The translations under genes and the position numbers were made by a program. DNA of 64,000 bases. Origin: Ranitomeya imitator (taxonomy: Eukaryota). The notes below the pieces were generated by a model. The model saw only the letters and a list, made by a program, of their open reading frames with translations. It was not told the origin of the DNA and ran no database searches. Shown here piece after piece: positions 1-12,399 of this stretch (the first letter of the stretch is position 1; each line of letters opens with the position of its first letter). The DNA lies in the NCBI RefSeq assembly GCF_032444005.1, contig NC_091286.1, forward strand, positions 37,634,001 to 37,698,000. Reading direction: 5' to 3'.

Positions 1-790
1 CTTCACGCTAGACTGCGGGCTTACCGGGGGCAGCTTTCACGCTAGACTGCGGGCAGACCGGGGGCAGCTTTCACGCTAGACTGCGGGCAGACCGGGGGCG
101 GCTTTCACGCTAGACTGCGGGCTGACCGGAGGCGGCTTTCACACTAGACTGCGGGCTGACCGGGGGGCGGCTTTCACACTAGACTGCGGGCTGACCGGGG
201 AAGGGAGGCTTTCACGCTAGACTGTGGGCTGACCGGAGGCGGCTTTCACACTAGACTGCGGGCTGACCGGGGGGCGGCTTTCACACTAGACTGCGGGCTG
301 ACCGGGGAAGGGAGGCTTTCACGCTAGACTGTGGGCTGACCGGGGGCGGCATTCACGCTAGACTGCGGGCTGACCGGGGTTGGGGGGGTGGGGGGCTTTC
401 ACGCTAGACTGCGGGCTGACTGGGGAAGGGAGGCTTTCACGCTAGACTGCGGGCTGACCGGGGGCGGCTTTCACGCTAGACTGCGGGCTGACTGGGGAAG
501 GCTTTCACGCTAGACTGCGGGCTGACTGGGGAAGGGAGGCTTTCACGTTAGACTGTGGGCTGACCGGGGGCGGCTTTCACGCTAGACTGCGGGCTGACCG
601 GGGTGGGGGGCTTTCACGCTAGACTGCGGGCTGACTGGGGAAGGGAGGCTTTCACGCTAGACTGCGGGCTGACAGGGGAAGGGAGGCTTTCACGCTAGAC
701 TGCGGGCTGACAGGGGAAGGGAGGCTTTCACGCTAGACTGCGGGCTGACTGGTGAAGGGAGGCTTTCACGCTAGACTGCGGGCTGTCCAA
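1..790. repeat. G-rich minisatellite, 30-37 bp unit (GGCTTTCACGCTAGACTGCGGGCTGAC + variable G-rich spacer); runs off the window edge
   Basis: Unit core repeated over 20 times with GGGGGC or GGGGAAGGGA spacer variants. Confidence 0.95.
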
Positions 791-936
791 GGGACGTGAC
801 TAAAGTACTTAATTTGCAGCATAATGTTTACTTTTTTAATTTTAGCCCAATTTGTGAAACAAACACAAGCAACATATAAAAAAAAAAACATTTGCATGCG
901 TTTCATGGCGCCACAATGGTGGCGCATTGGGTTTAC

Positions 937-997
937 TAATCAAAAGAGGAGACGGGATGTTCACAGGGCTCTGATCCGGCAGCCACAGACCAGGGTC
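937..997 (-). CDS. Candidate downstream exon (DPGLWLPDQSPVNIPSPLLI) of the minus-strand gene
   Basis: Acceptor CTTTTGCAG|GAC, phase-compatible with the 4848-4928 exon; weak donor GTAAAC. Confidence 0.25.
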
Positions 998-1513
998 CTG
1001 CAAAAGTTTTTTGCTCAACACTAATACACATATATACGCACAGTTATGTACATACAATATAAGTCATATACAAAACATACACAAATATAGATCGTGCACA
1101 AGTGCCGTAGCGAGTATGTACACAGTGATGCTGTTGGCGCATATTATATACAGGACACACAACTTATCTGTGTAATTTAGTGATCACGTAATTCATGGAA
1201 TCCATCATAAAAGAGTCTGACTGGCACCAAACTATGTGTTGTCAGCGGTAATACCAAACCGCGCAACTCAAGATCAGGAAATCTCAGCGCAGGATGGATC
1301 CACAACACACTGTCCAGATTTAAAAAAAAAAAATCAGAAGTGTTTTCCAGGAGCAGCAATGTGTATGAGATTTAACAGGAAAATCCTGAGGATTTGTCTA
1401 TATGTGAAACAAAAAAGGTAAAATCTGCAGCAAATGAGGTCATCAGGAAACGATCAGCAGAGACATTTTTTTTTACAGGAAAAGTTATATAATGTTCATA
1501 TATGAGAACTGAG

Positions 1514-1518
<5 letters not shown>

Positions 1519-1590
<72 letters not shown>
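1519..1590. repeat. (TA)n microsatellite; similar tracts at about 20288-20367, 20777-20818, 24683-24732 and 24828-24893
   Basis: Direct inspection. Confidence 0.95.
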
Positions 1591-1594
<4 letters not shown>

Positions 1595-1764
1595 AATTGC
1601 AGTTCTGAGTTCCTGCTCCTGTACATACAAGTCTATGCATTGGGGTCTATTTTGGATACACTGCTATGTATAGTGAGTGACGTGAGTATTATATGACATG
1701 TCCATTACATTATACATATCCATGCACGCAGCCAGTTATTACTGTATAATATATACACATACAC

Positions 1765-2124
1765 TCAGTAAGACACACACATTGGGGTCTCTGTTTCTTG
1801 GTTGAGGCTGTTCTCAGGGTCTTCCGTATTCTGTGTGACAAACCAGGCATTGATGGATTTTTCTTCTGGCCTCTTGCAGTTCTCTTTTTTAAGGTCGCAC
1901 AATTCGGCTGTGGTGTACACTATATCATTGAGGTCTTTTGCAGTTTGACTCGCTCCTTCTGGGTTATACCTGTAGTGGTGGTGAAGCATCGCCTGAATTT
2001 GGGGTCCGTTTGGACCAGCTGTATATTGTATTGCCAACGTCTTGGACCATTTATAGGATGGAGGCAGGATGAAGAGGATTCTCTGCTGAGGCTTTTCTGT
2101 CGATGACTTCTTTGTAGATTTCAT
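1765..2124 (-). pseudogene. Possible decayed retroviral/ERV gag-like fragment
   Basis: Peptide YTTAELCDLKKENCKRPEEKSINAWF resembles the YT-x-EL-x-DL...P-x-E-x-I-x-x-W pattern of ERV-L-type gag; recognised from memory only; flanking frames are broken. Confidence 0.25.
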
Positions 2125-2351
2125 GTACAGAAGTCGTTGGCCGTCAGGTGACTATGAAGATACTTGTTGTGTCCATGTCTGTAATTGCACAGTCTACTCC
2201 CCTCCTTCTTACATAGGAGTTTAATGTACAGCTTCTTAGTGTCTCACTTGGTGCGGCCATTGAGAATATGAAGTCATAAACTTCCACATTTGTATATAGA
2301 CACATGTATATCCATACACGTACAGTGCATTGTACATTACATGCACACATA

Positions 2352-3632
2352 TCTACTACATAATTGTCTAAGGGTCACTTCCGTCTGTCTGGCTGTCACG
2401 GATATTCATTGGTCGCGGCCTCTGTCTGTCATGGAAATCCAGGTGGCTGATTGGTCGTGGGCGTTTTGCCACGACCAATCAGTGACGGCCATAGTCTGGT
2501 AGCGAAATGGCCGCTGCTTTAGTGCCCTGCAGTCAGCGCTGAGCGCTCACACAGGGTTAATGCCAGCGTTAAGGGACCGCGGTGTAACGCACTCCGGTAA
2601 CGCAGCTATTAACCCTGTGTGACCAACTTTTTACTATTGATGATGTGTATGCAGTATCAATAGTAAACAGATCTAATGTTACAAATAATAATAATAAAAA
2701 AAGGTTATTCTCACCCTCCGACGTGGCGTCCTGTCCTCGGCAGTGCAAGCGGCAGGTTCCGATGCCAAGGATGCTATGCGAGGACCTGCCGTGACGTCAC
2801 GGTCATGTGACCGTGACGTCATCACAGGTCCTGCGCTCATACCAACCCTGGGACGGGAAGCTGCCGCGTGCACCGCACACAGGGCCAGGACTTCAAGGGG
2901 CCTTCGGAGGGTGAGTATGTGTTTATTTTTTATTTTAAGTCTTTTTTAACCACGCATATAGTGCCCACATTGCTATATACTACGTGGGCTGTGTTACATA
3001 CTGCGTGGGCTCTGTTATATACTACATCTCTGTGCTATATACTATGTAGCTGGGCAATATACAACGTGGCTGTGCAATATACTATGTGCTCTGTGTTATA
3101 TACTACGTAGCTGTGCAATATACTATGTGGCTGTGTCAGTTCTGTTATATACTACATCGACTGTGCAATATACTACATGGCTGTTATATACTACGTGGCT
3201 TTGCAATATACTACGTGGCTATGTTATTTACTACGTGGCTCTGCTATATACTACGTCGCTGACCAATATTCTACATAGCTATGCAATATACTACGTGCCT
3301 GTGCAATATACTATGTGGCTCTGCTATATACTACATACCTGTGCAATACACTACGTAGCTGTTAAGCTCTGCTATGTACTACGTAGCTCTGTTATATACT
3401 ACGTAGCTCTGTTATATACTACGTAGCTCTGTTATATACTACGTAGCTCTGTTATATACTACGTAGCTCTGTTATATACTACGTAGCTCTGTTATATACT
3501 ACGTAGCTCTGTTATATACTACGTCGGTTGTGTTATATACTACGTCACTGTGCAATATAGTACGTAGCCTGTGCTGTATACTACCTACATATTCTAGAAT
3601 ACTCGATACGTTAGAATCAGGCCACCATCTAG
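2352..3632 (+). mobile_element. Non-autonomous Helitron, copy 1
   Basis: A|TC 5' end (TCTACTACATAATTGTCTAAGGG), CTAG|T 3' end with a degenerate subterminal hairpin, no TSD; homologous to 28718-29604; internal TATACTACGT minisatellite. Confidence 0.75.
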
Positions 3633-4139
3633 TCCTATATAATAATTGCCAGTTGGGACTTCCGAAAGCTGTCCCTGAATCCCATAAGGCACCGCGGCAG
3701 TGTCAGGAACTGTGCAAGTGACATGCACGTCTCTGCTATTCCCATGCAGGCGCAGTAACAGCCACAACCGAATGCTCTACCCACGCATGCGCGGTAATGA
3801 TGCGGCTGTTACTGCCCCTGTGTGGGGAATAGCGGTGATGTCTATTTCACCGCACTCCCGATGCGACAGCATTGGGCCTATTTGCAGTATATATCTATAT
3901 ACATATACACACACATACACATGCATATACATACATATTATCTATATCTCCATACACACATACAGATTACACACATAGACAACTATCATATGCCATGGGT
4001 TTTCTTAGCCCCCACCTTGAATTTGCCCCCATTCACCGTTCCTACAGCCTCTATTCCCTACTGTACACGTACTTTGGCAAAACTATTGTTTATTTGGACC
4101 TGCTAATAAAGTATCATAAAATTTGAAAAAAAATAAAAT

Positions 4140-4177
<38 letters not shown>

Positions 4178-4231
4178 CACACCTATATTTTATACATCAT
4201 ATATGTCTCCATACACATTATATTACATATG

Positions 4232-4386
4232 NNNNNNNNNNNNNNNNNNNNNNNNNNNNNNNNNNNNNNNNNNNNNNNNNNNNNNNNNNNNNNNNNNNNN
4301 NNNNNNNNNNNNNNNNNNNNNNNNNNNNNNNNNNNNNNNNNNNNNNNNNNNNNNNNNNNNNNNNNNNNNNNNNNNNNNNNNNNNNN
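4232..4386. other. Assembly gap (N run); others at 19915-20053, 27200-27350, 27985-28129 and 45022-45180
   Basis: Direct inspection. Confidence 0.99.
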
Positions 4387-4686
4387 ATATACACATATAC
4401 AAAATCATATTTATATACAGTATATATATATATACAGTATACCTATATATTTCTCCATACACACATACAGTATCTTAGACACACATTTATATAAACACAT
4501 TTACACACACATACTGTATATATATATATATATATACACACACATATATATACACATTTACACACACACATATATATACACACACACACATATACACTAT
4601 ATATATCTCCTGTATGCAGGATTCTGACCACTGTTTCTATAACCCCACACTGACATATCGCCTTTGACACTCCAGCTGTTGTGAAG

Positions 4687-5060
4687 ACTACAACTTCCAT
4701 CATCCCCCCTCAGGCAGTGACTGTGCAGGCATGCTGGGAATTGTAGTTTCCCAACAGCTGGAGCTGGCAATCTGCACTGTCACTGGCCGCAGCCCGGGGG
4801 CGCCCCTGATAGGAGCGATTTCGGGGGGCAGGCTGCTTGGCACGTACCAGGGCCACGTCCCGGGCCGAGCAGCCCATCAGCTCGCTCTCTGTGCCCAGCT
4901 CCTCGGGCTCCTGCATCGGAGTCGCCATCTTCGCTCGGCAGGAGACTGCACCGGAAGCGGAAATACGTCATGACACGTCGAGGAGGGGGTTATTGCTAGA
5001 GTCGCTGAGTGTGAGGATGGAGCCGCTCCAGCCTCCTGGAGAACTACAAGTCCCAGCGTC
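4687..5060. promoter_or_regulatory. CpG-island housekeeping-type promoter
   Basis: ZNF143/THAP11 motifs GCATGCTGGGAATTGTAGT (4729-4747) and ACTACAAGTCCCAGC (5043-5057); YY1 motif AAGATGGCG overlapping the ATG (4921-4931, minus); tandem ETS CCGGAAGCGGAAAT (4951-4964); high CpG density. Confidence 0.75.
4848..4928 (-). CDS. First coding exon of an unidentified host gene (MATPMQEPEELGTESELMGCSARDVAL)
   Basis: AAGATGGCG start context inside the CpG island; phase-0 donor CTG|GTACGT at 4847. Confidence 0.6.
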
Positions 5061-5313
5061 AGTATCACCAGTGGTTGTCCAGGAATAGCCGTGGTATAAG
5101 AAGGTGTATATGACTGACCTACCTTGTCTGATAATGTGGATGATACATGGCGCACGTCCTGTAATCCGGCAGCACTGGCTCCTCGGGGGTCGCATTATAA
5201 AATATTCTGTATTATGAGATTCATTTTAATGGTAGAGACCATGTCAATTATCCTGCAGCTCATTGTTGCCCCCTGACCGGGTAGTGAGACCCCCTTGGCA
5301 CTCGTGCACTACC

Positions 5314-5392
5314 GTTACCATGGTGACTGCTATGCCAGGACCGTATGGTGCACGGTGAGACCCCCTGTGTGCCAGGGTGTAGCCATGGAAAC
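5314..5392. promoter_or_regulatory. Two RFX X-box-like palindromes
   Basis: GTTACCATGGTGAC (5314-5327) and GTAGCCATGGAAAC (5379-5392) resemble the GTNRCCATGGNAAC consensus. Confidence 0.5.
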
Positions 5393-5587
5393 GACTGCCC
5401 ATAGTGTCCGGCACATGCACACACAGGTGTATGGAGCGCGCTCAGGGCCTGCGCCCGCTGCTGTCATAAGGCTTCATTCAGACCTCAGGTTTTCTCATGT
5501 TCTCTCCATGTTGTGTCTTTAAAGCCAAATGTAACCCAAAAAGATAAAAATCACAGAGGCGGTGATGCCAGGGACCTGAGATGGTGG

Positions 5588-8500
5588 TCTCACCGCAGAG
5601 CATACCCCCTAGGGGCGCACAGTGCCTGATAGTGCTCCACATCTCACCGCAGAGCAGACCCCTCCTAGGGGCGCACAGTGCCTGATGGTGCTCCACATCT
5701 CACCATAGAGCAGACCCCCCTAAGGGCGCACAGTACCTGATGGTGCTCCACATCTCACCGCAGAGCAGACCCCCCCTAGGGGCGCACAGTGCCTGATAGT
5801 GCTCCACATCTCACCGCAGAGCAGACCCCTCCTAGGGGCACACAGTGCCTGATGGTGCTCCACATCTCACCGCAGAGCAGACCCCTCCTAGGGGCGCACA
5901 GTACCTGATGGTGCTCCACATCTCACCGCAGAGCAGACCCCTCCTAGGGGCGCACAGTGCCTGATAGTGCTCCACATCTCACCGCAGAGCAGACCCCTCC
6001 TAGGGGCGCACAGTGCCTGATAGTGCTCCACATCTCACCGCAGAGCAGACCCCTCCTAGGGGCGCACAGTGCCTGATAGTGCTCCACATCTCACCATAGA
6101 GCAGACCCCCCTAAGGGCGCACAGTACCTGATGGTGCTCCACATCTCACCGCAGAGCAGACCCCCCCTAGGGGCGCACAGTGCCTGATGGTGCTCCACAT
6201 CTCACCGCAGAGCAGACCCCCCCTAGGGGCGCACAGTACCTGATGGTGCTCCACATCTCACCGCAGAGCAGACCCCCCCTAGGGGCGCACAGTGCCTGAT
6301 GGTGCTCCACATCTCACCGCAGAGCAGACCCCTCCTAGGGGCGCACAGTACCTGATGGTGCTCCACATCTCACCATAGAGCAGACCCCTCCTAGGGGCGC
6401 ACAGTGCCTGATAGTGCTCCACATCTCACCATAGAGCAGACCCCTCCTAGGGGCGCACAGTGCCTGATAGTGCTCCACATCTCACCGCAGAGCAGACCCC
6501 TCCTAGGGGCGCACAGTACCTGATGGTGCTCCACATCTCTCTGCAGAGCAGACCCCTCCTAGGGGCGCACAGTGCCTGATAGTGCTCCACATCTCACCGC
6601 AGAGCAGACCCCTCCTAGGGGCGCACAGTGCCTGATAGTGCTCCACATCTCACCGCAGAGCATACCCCTCCTAGGGGCGCACAGTGCCTGATAGTGCTCC
6701 ACATCTCACCGCAGAGCAGACCCCTCCTAGGGGCGCACAGTGCCTGATAGTGCTCCACATCTCACCATAGAGCAGACCCCCCTAAGGGCGCACAGTACCT
6801 GATGGTGCTCCACATCTCACCGCAGAGCAGACCCCCCCTAGGGGCGCACAGTGCCTGATAGTGCTCCACATCTCACCGCAGAGCAGACCCCTCCTAGGGG
6901 CACACAGTGCCTGATGGTGCTCCACATCTCACCGCAGAGCAGACCCCTCCTAGGGGCGCACAGTGCCTGATAGTGCTCCACATCTCACCGCAGAGCAGAC
7001 CCCTCCTAGGGGCGCACAGTGCCTGATAGTGCTCCACATCTCACCATAGAGCAGACCCCCCTAAGGGCGCACAGTACCTGATGGTGCTCCACATCTCACC
7101 GCAGAGCAGACCGCCCCTAGGGGCGCACAGTGCCTGATGGTGCTCCACATCTCACCGCAGAGCAGACCCCCCCTAGGGGCGCACAGTACCTGATGGTGCT
7201 CCACATCTCACCGCAGAGCAGACCCCCCCTAGGGGCGCACAGTGCCTGATGGTGCTCCACATCTCACCGCAGAGCAGACCCCTCCTAGGGGCGCACAGTA
7301 CCTGATGGTGCTCCACATCTCACCATAGAGCAGACCCCTCCTAGGGGCGCACAGTGCCTGATAGTGCTCCACATCTCACCATAGAGCAGACCCCTCCTAG
7401 GGGCGCACAGTGCCTGATAGTGCTCCACATCTCACCGCAGAGCAGACCCCTCCTAGGGGCGCACAGTACCTGATGGTGCTCCACATCTCTCTGCAGAGCA
7501 GACCCCTCCTAGGGGCGCACAGTACCTGATGGTGCTCCACATCTCACCGCAGAGCAGACCCCCCCTAGGGGCGCACAGTGCCTGATAGTGCTCCACATCT
7601 CACCGCAGAGCAGACCCCTCCTAGAGGCGCACAGTACCTGATGGTGCTCCACATCTCACCGCAGAGCAGACCCCTCCTAGGGGCGCACAGTACCTGATGG
7701 TGCTCCACATCTCACCGCAGAGCAGACCCCTCCTAGAGGCGCACAGTACCTGATGGTGCTCCACATCTCACTGCAGAGCAGACCCCTCCTAGGGGAGCAC
7801 AGTACCTGATAGTGCTCCACATCTCACTGCAGAGCAGACCCCTCCTAGGGGCGCACAGTGCCTGATGGTGCTCCACATCTCACCATAGAGCAGACCCCCC
7901 TAAGGGCGCACAGTACCTGATGGTGCTCCACATCTCACTGCAGAGCAGACCCCTCCTAGGGGCGCACAGTGCCTGATAGTGCTCCACATCTCACCATAGA
8001 GCAGACCCCCCTAAGGGCGCACAGTGCCTGATGGTGCTCCACATCTCACCGCAGAGCAGACCCCTCCTAGGGGCACACAGTACCTGATGGTGCTCCACAT
8101 CTCACCGCAGAGCAGACCCCTCCTAGGGACACACAGTACCTGATGGTCCTCCACATCTCACCGCAGAGCAGACCCCTCCTAGGGACACAGTACCTGATGG
8201 TGCTCCACATCTCACCGCAGAGCAGACCCCTCCTAGGGGCGCACAGTGCCTGATGGAGCTCCACATCTCACCGCAGAGCAGACCCCTCCTAGGGTCGCAC
8301 AGTACCTGATGGTGCTCAACATCTCATCGCAGAGCAGACCCCTCCTAGGGGCGCACAGTGCCTGATGGTGCTCCACATCTCACCGCAGAGCAGACCCCTC
8401 CTAGGGGCGCACAGTACCTGATGGTGCTCCACATCTCACCGCAGAGCAGACCCCTCCTAGGGGCGCACAGTACCTGATGGTGCTCCACATCTCACCGCAG

Positions 8501-11500
8501 AGCAGACCCCTCCTAGGGGCGAACAGTACCTGATGATGCTCCACATCTCACCGCAGAGCAGACCCCTCCTAGGGGCGCACAGTACCTGATGGTGCTCCAC
8601 ATCTCACCGCAGAGCAGACCCCTCCTAGGGGCGCACAGTGCCTGATGGAGCTCCACATCTCACCGCAGAGCAGACCCCTCCTAGGGGCGCACAGTACCTG
8701 ATGGTGCTCCACATCTCACCGCAGAGCAGACCCCTCCTAGAGGCACACAGTACCTGATGGTGCTCCACATCTCACTGCAGAGCAGACCTCTCCTAGGGGC
8801 GCACAGTACCTGATGGTGCTCAACATCTCATCGCAGAGCAGACCCCTCCTAGGGGCGCACAGTACCTGATGGTGCTCCACATCTCACCGCAGAGCAGACC
8901 CCTCCTAGGGGCGAACAGTACCTGATGGTGCTCCACATCTCACCGCAGAGCAGACCCCTCCTAGGGGCGCACAGTGCCTGATAGTGCTCCACATCTCACC
9001 GCAGAGCAGACCCCTCCTAGGGGCGCACAGTGCCTGATAGTGCTCCACATCTCACCATAGAGCAGACCCCCCTAAGGGCGCACAGTGCCTGATGGTGCTC
9101 CACATCTCACCGCAGAGCAGACCCCCCCTAGGGGCGCACAGTACCTGATGGTGCTCCACATCTCACCGAAGAGCAGACCCCCCCTAGGGGCGCACAGTGC
9201 CTGATGGTGCTCCACATCTCACCGCAGAGCAGACCCCTCCTAGGGGCGCACAGTACCTGATGGTGCTCCACATCTCACCATAGAGCAGACCCCTCCTAGG
9301 GGCGCACAGTGCCTGATAGTGCTCCACATCTCACCATAGAGCAGACCCCTCCTAGGGGCGCACAGTGCCTGATAGTGCTCCACATCTCACCGCAGAGCAG
9401 ACCCCTCCTAGGGGCGCACAGTACCTGATGGTGCTCCACATCTCTCTGCAGAGCAGACCCCTCCTAGGGGCGCACAGTACCTGATGGTGCTCCACATCTC
9501 ACCGCAGAGCAGACCCCCCCTAGGGGCGCACAGTGCCTGATAGTGCTCCACATCTCACCGCAGAGCAGACCCCTCCTAGAGGCGCACAGTACCTGATGGT
9601 GCTCCACATCTCACCGCAGAGCAGACCCCTCCTAGGGGCGCACAGTACCTGATGGTGCTCCACATCTCACCGCAGAGCAGACCCCTCCTAGAGGCGCACA
9701 GTACCTGATGGTGCTCCACATCTCACTGCAGAGCAGACCCCTCCTAGGGGAGCACAGTACCTGATAGTGCTCCACATCTCACTGCAGAGCAGACCCCTCC
9801 TAGGGGCGCACAGTGCCTGATGGTGCTCCACATCTCACCATAGAGCAGACCCCCCTAAGGGCGCACAGTACCTGATGGTGCTCCACATCTCACTGCAGAG
9901 CAGACCCCTCCTAGGGGCGCACAGTGCCTGATAGTGCTCCACATCTCACCATAGAGCAGACCCCCCTAAGGGCGCACAGTGCCTGATGGTGCTCCACATC
10001 TCACCGCAGAGCAGACCCCTCCTAGGGGCACACAGTACCTGATGGTGCTCCACATCTCACCGCAGAGCAGACCCCTCCTAGGGACACACAGTACCTGATG
10101 GTGCTCCACATCTCACCGCAGAGCAGACCCCTCCTAGGGACACAGTACCTGATGGTGCTCCACATCTCACCGCAGAGCAGACCCCTCCTAGGGGCGCACA
10201 GTGCCTGATGGAGCTCCACATCTCACCGCAGAGCAGACCCCTCCTAGGGTCGCACAGTACCTGATGGTGCTCAACATCTCATCGCAGAGCAGACCCCTCC
10301 TAGGGGCGCACAGTGCCTGATGGTGCTCCACATCTCACCGCAGAGCAGACCCCTCCTAGGGGCGCACAGTACCTGATGGTGCTCCACATCTCACCGCAGA
10401 GCAGACCCCTCCTAGGGGCGCACAGTACCTGATGGTGCTCCACATCTCACCGCAGAGCAGACCCCTCCTAGGGGCGAACAGTACCTGATGATGCTCCACA
10501 TCTCACCGCAGAGCAGACCCCTCCTAGGGGCGCACAGTACCTGATGGTGCTCCACATCTCACCGCAGAGCAGACCCCTCCTAGGGGCGCACAGTGCCTGA
10601 TGGAGCTCCACATCTCACCGCAGAGCAGACCCCTCCTAGGGGCGCACAGTACCTGATGGTGCTCCACATCTCACCGCAGAGCAGACCCCTCCTAGAGGCA
10701 CACAGTACCTGATGGTGCTCCACATCTCACTGCAGAGCAGACCTCTCCTAGGGGCGCACAGTACCTGATGGTGCTCAACATCTCATCGCAGAGCAGACCC
10801 CTCCTAGGGGCGCACAGTACCTGATGGTGCTCCACATCTCACCGCAGAGCAGACCCCTCCTAGGGGCGCACAGTGCCTGATGGAGCTCCACATCTCACCA
10901 CAGAGCAGACCCCTCCTAGGGGCGCACAGTACCTGATGGTGCTCCACGTCTCACCGCAGAGCAGACCCCTCCTAGGGGCGTACAGTACCTGATGGTGCTC
11001 CACATCTCACTGCAGAGCAGACCCCTCCTAGGGGCGAACAGTACCTGATGATGCTCCACATCTCACTGCAGAGCAGACCCCTCCTAGGGGCCCACAGTAC
11101 CTGATGGTGCTCCACATCTCACCGCAGAGCAGACCCCTCCTAGGGGCGCACAGTACCTGTTGGTGCTCCACATCTCACCGCAGATCAGACCCCTCCTAGA
11201 GTCACACAGTACCTGATGGTGCTCCACATCTCACCGCAGAGCAGACCCCTCCTAGGGGCACACAGTGCCTGACGGTGCTCCACATCTCACTGCAGAGCAG
11301 ACCCCTCCTAGGGGCACACAGTACCTGATAGTGCTCCACATCTCACCGCAGAGCAAACCTTTCCTAGGGGCACACAGTAACTGATGGTGCTCCACATCTC
11401 ACTGCAGCGCAGACCCCTCCTAGGGGCGTACAGTACCTGATGGTGCTCCACATCTCACCGCAGAGCAGACCCCCTAGGGGCACACAGTACCTTATGGTGC

Positions 11501-12329
11501 TCCACATCTCACTGCAGAGCAGACCCCCCTAGGGACGCACAGTGCCTGATGGTGCTCCACATCTCACCGCAGAGCAGACCCCTCCTAGGGGCGCACAGTA
11601 CCTGATGGTGCACAACATCTCACCGCAGAGCAGACCCCTCCTAGGGTCGCACAGTACCTGATGGTGCTCCACATCTCACCGCAGAGCAGACCCCTCCTAG
11701 GGTCGCACAGTACCTGATGGTGCTCCACATCTCACTGCAGCGCAGACCCCTTCTAGGGGCGCACAGTGCCTGATGGTGCTCCACATCTCACCATAGAGCA
11801 GAACCCTCCTAGGGGCGTACAGTACCTGATGGTGCTCCACATCTCACCGCAGAGCAGACCACTCCTAGGGGCGAACAGTACCTGATGGTGCTCCACATCT
11901 CACCGCAGAGCAGACCCCTCCTAGGGGCACACAGTACCTGATGGTGCTCCACATCTCACCGCAGAGCAGACCCCTCCTAGGTGCGTACAGTACCTGATGG
12001 TGCTCCACATCTCACTGCAGAGCAGACCCCCCCTAGGGGCGCACAGTACCTGATGGTGCTCCACATCTCACCGCAGAGCAGACCCCTCCTAGGGACGCAC
12101 AGTACCAGATGGTTCTCCACATCTCACCGCAGAGCAGACCCCTCCTAGGGCCACACAGTGCCTGATGGTGCTCCACATCTCACCATAGAGCAGACCCCTC
12201 CTAGGAGCGCACAGTGCCTGATGGTGCTCCACATCTCACTGCAGAGCAGACCCCCCCTAGGGACGCACAGTGCCTGATGGTGCTCCACATCTCACCATAG
12301 AGCAGACCCCTCCAGGTGGTGCTCCACAT
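5588..12329. repeat. 56-bp tandem satellite, about 120 copies, with higher-order duplications
   Basis: Unit CAGAGCAGACCCCTCCTAGGGGCGCACAGTACCTGATGGTGCTCCACATCTCACCG; diagnostic variants recur at offsets of 950 and 1955 bp. Confidence 0.97.
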
Positions 12330-12399
12330 TGCAGTGTCCGCTCCGAATAGTAAAGACAGCATAAAGTGACTCACAGTGGGGAGCCCAGCACATCGGTTT

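Noticed and set aside
4123-4627. ORFs spanning N gaps or (TA)n/(CA)n tracts
   Set aside because: Artefacts of Ns and low-complexity sequence.
5775-5790. CTCF motif in each satellite unit (CTCCTAGGGGCGC)
   Set aside because: One G short of the CCNCYAGRKGGC core spacing; not supportable without ChIP data.
5588-12329. 56-bp and 68-bp arrays as CRISPR
   Set aside because: Head-to-tail monomers with no unique spacers, no cas genes, and a vertebrate context.
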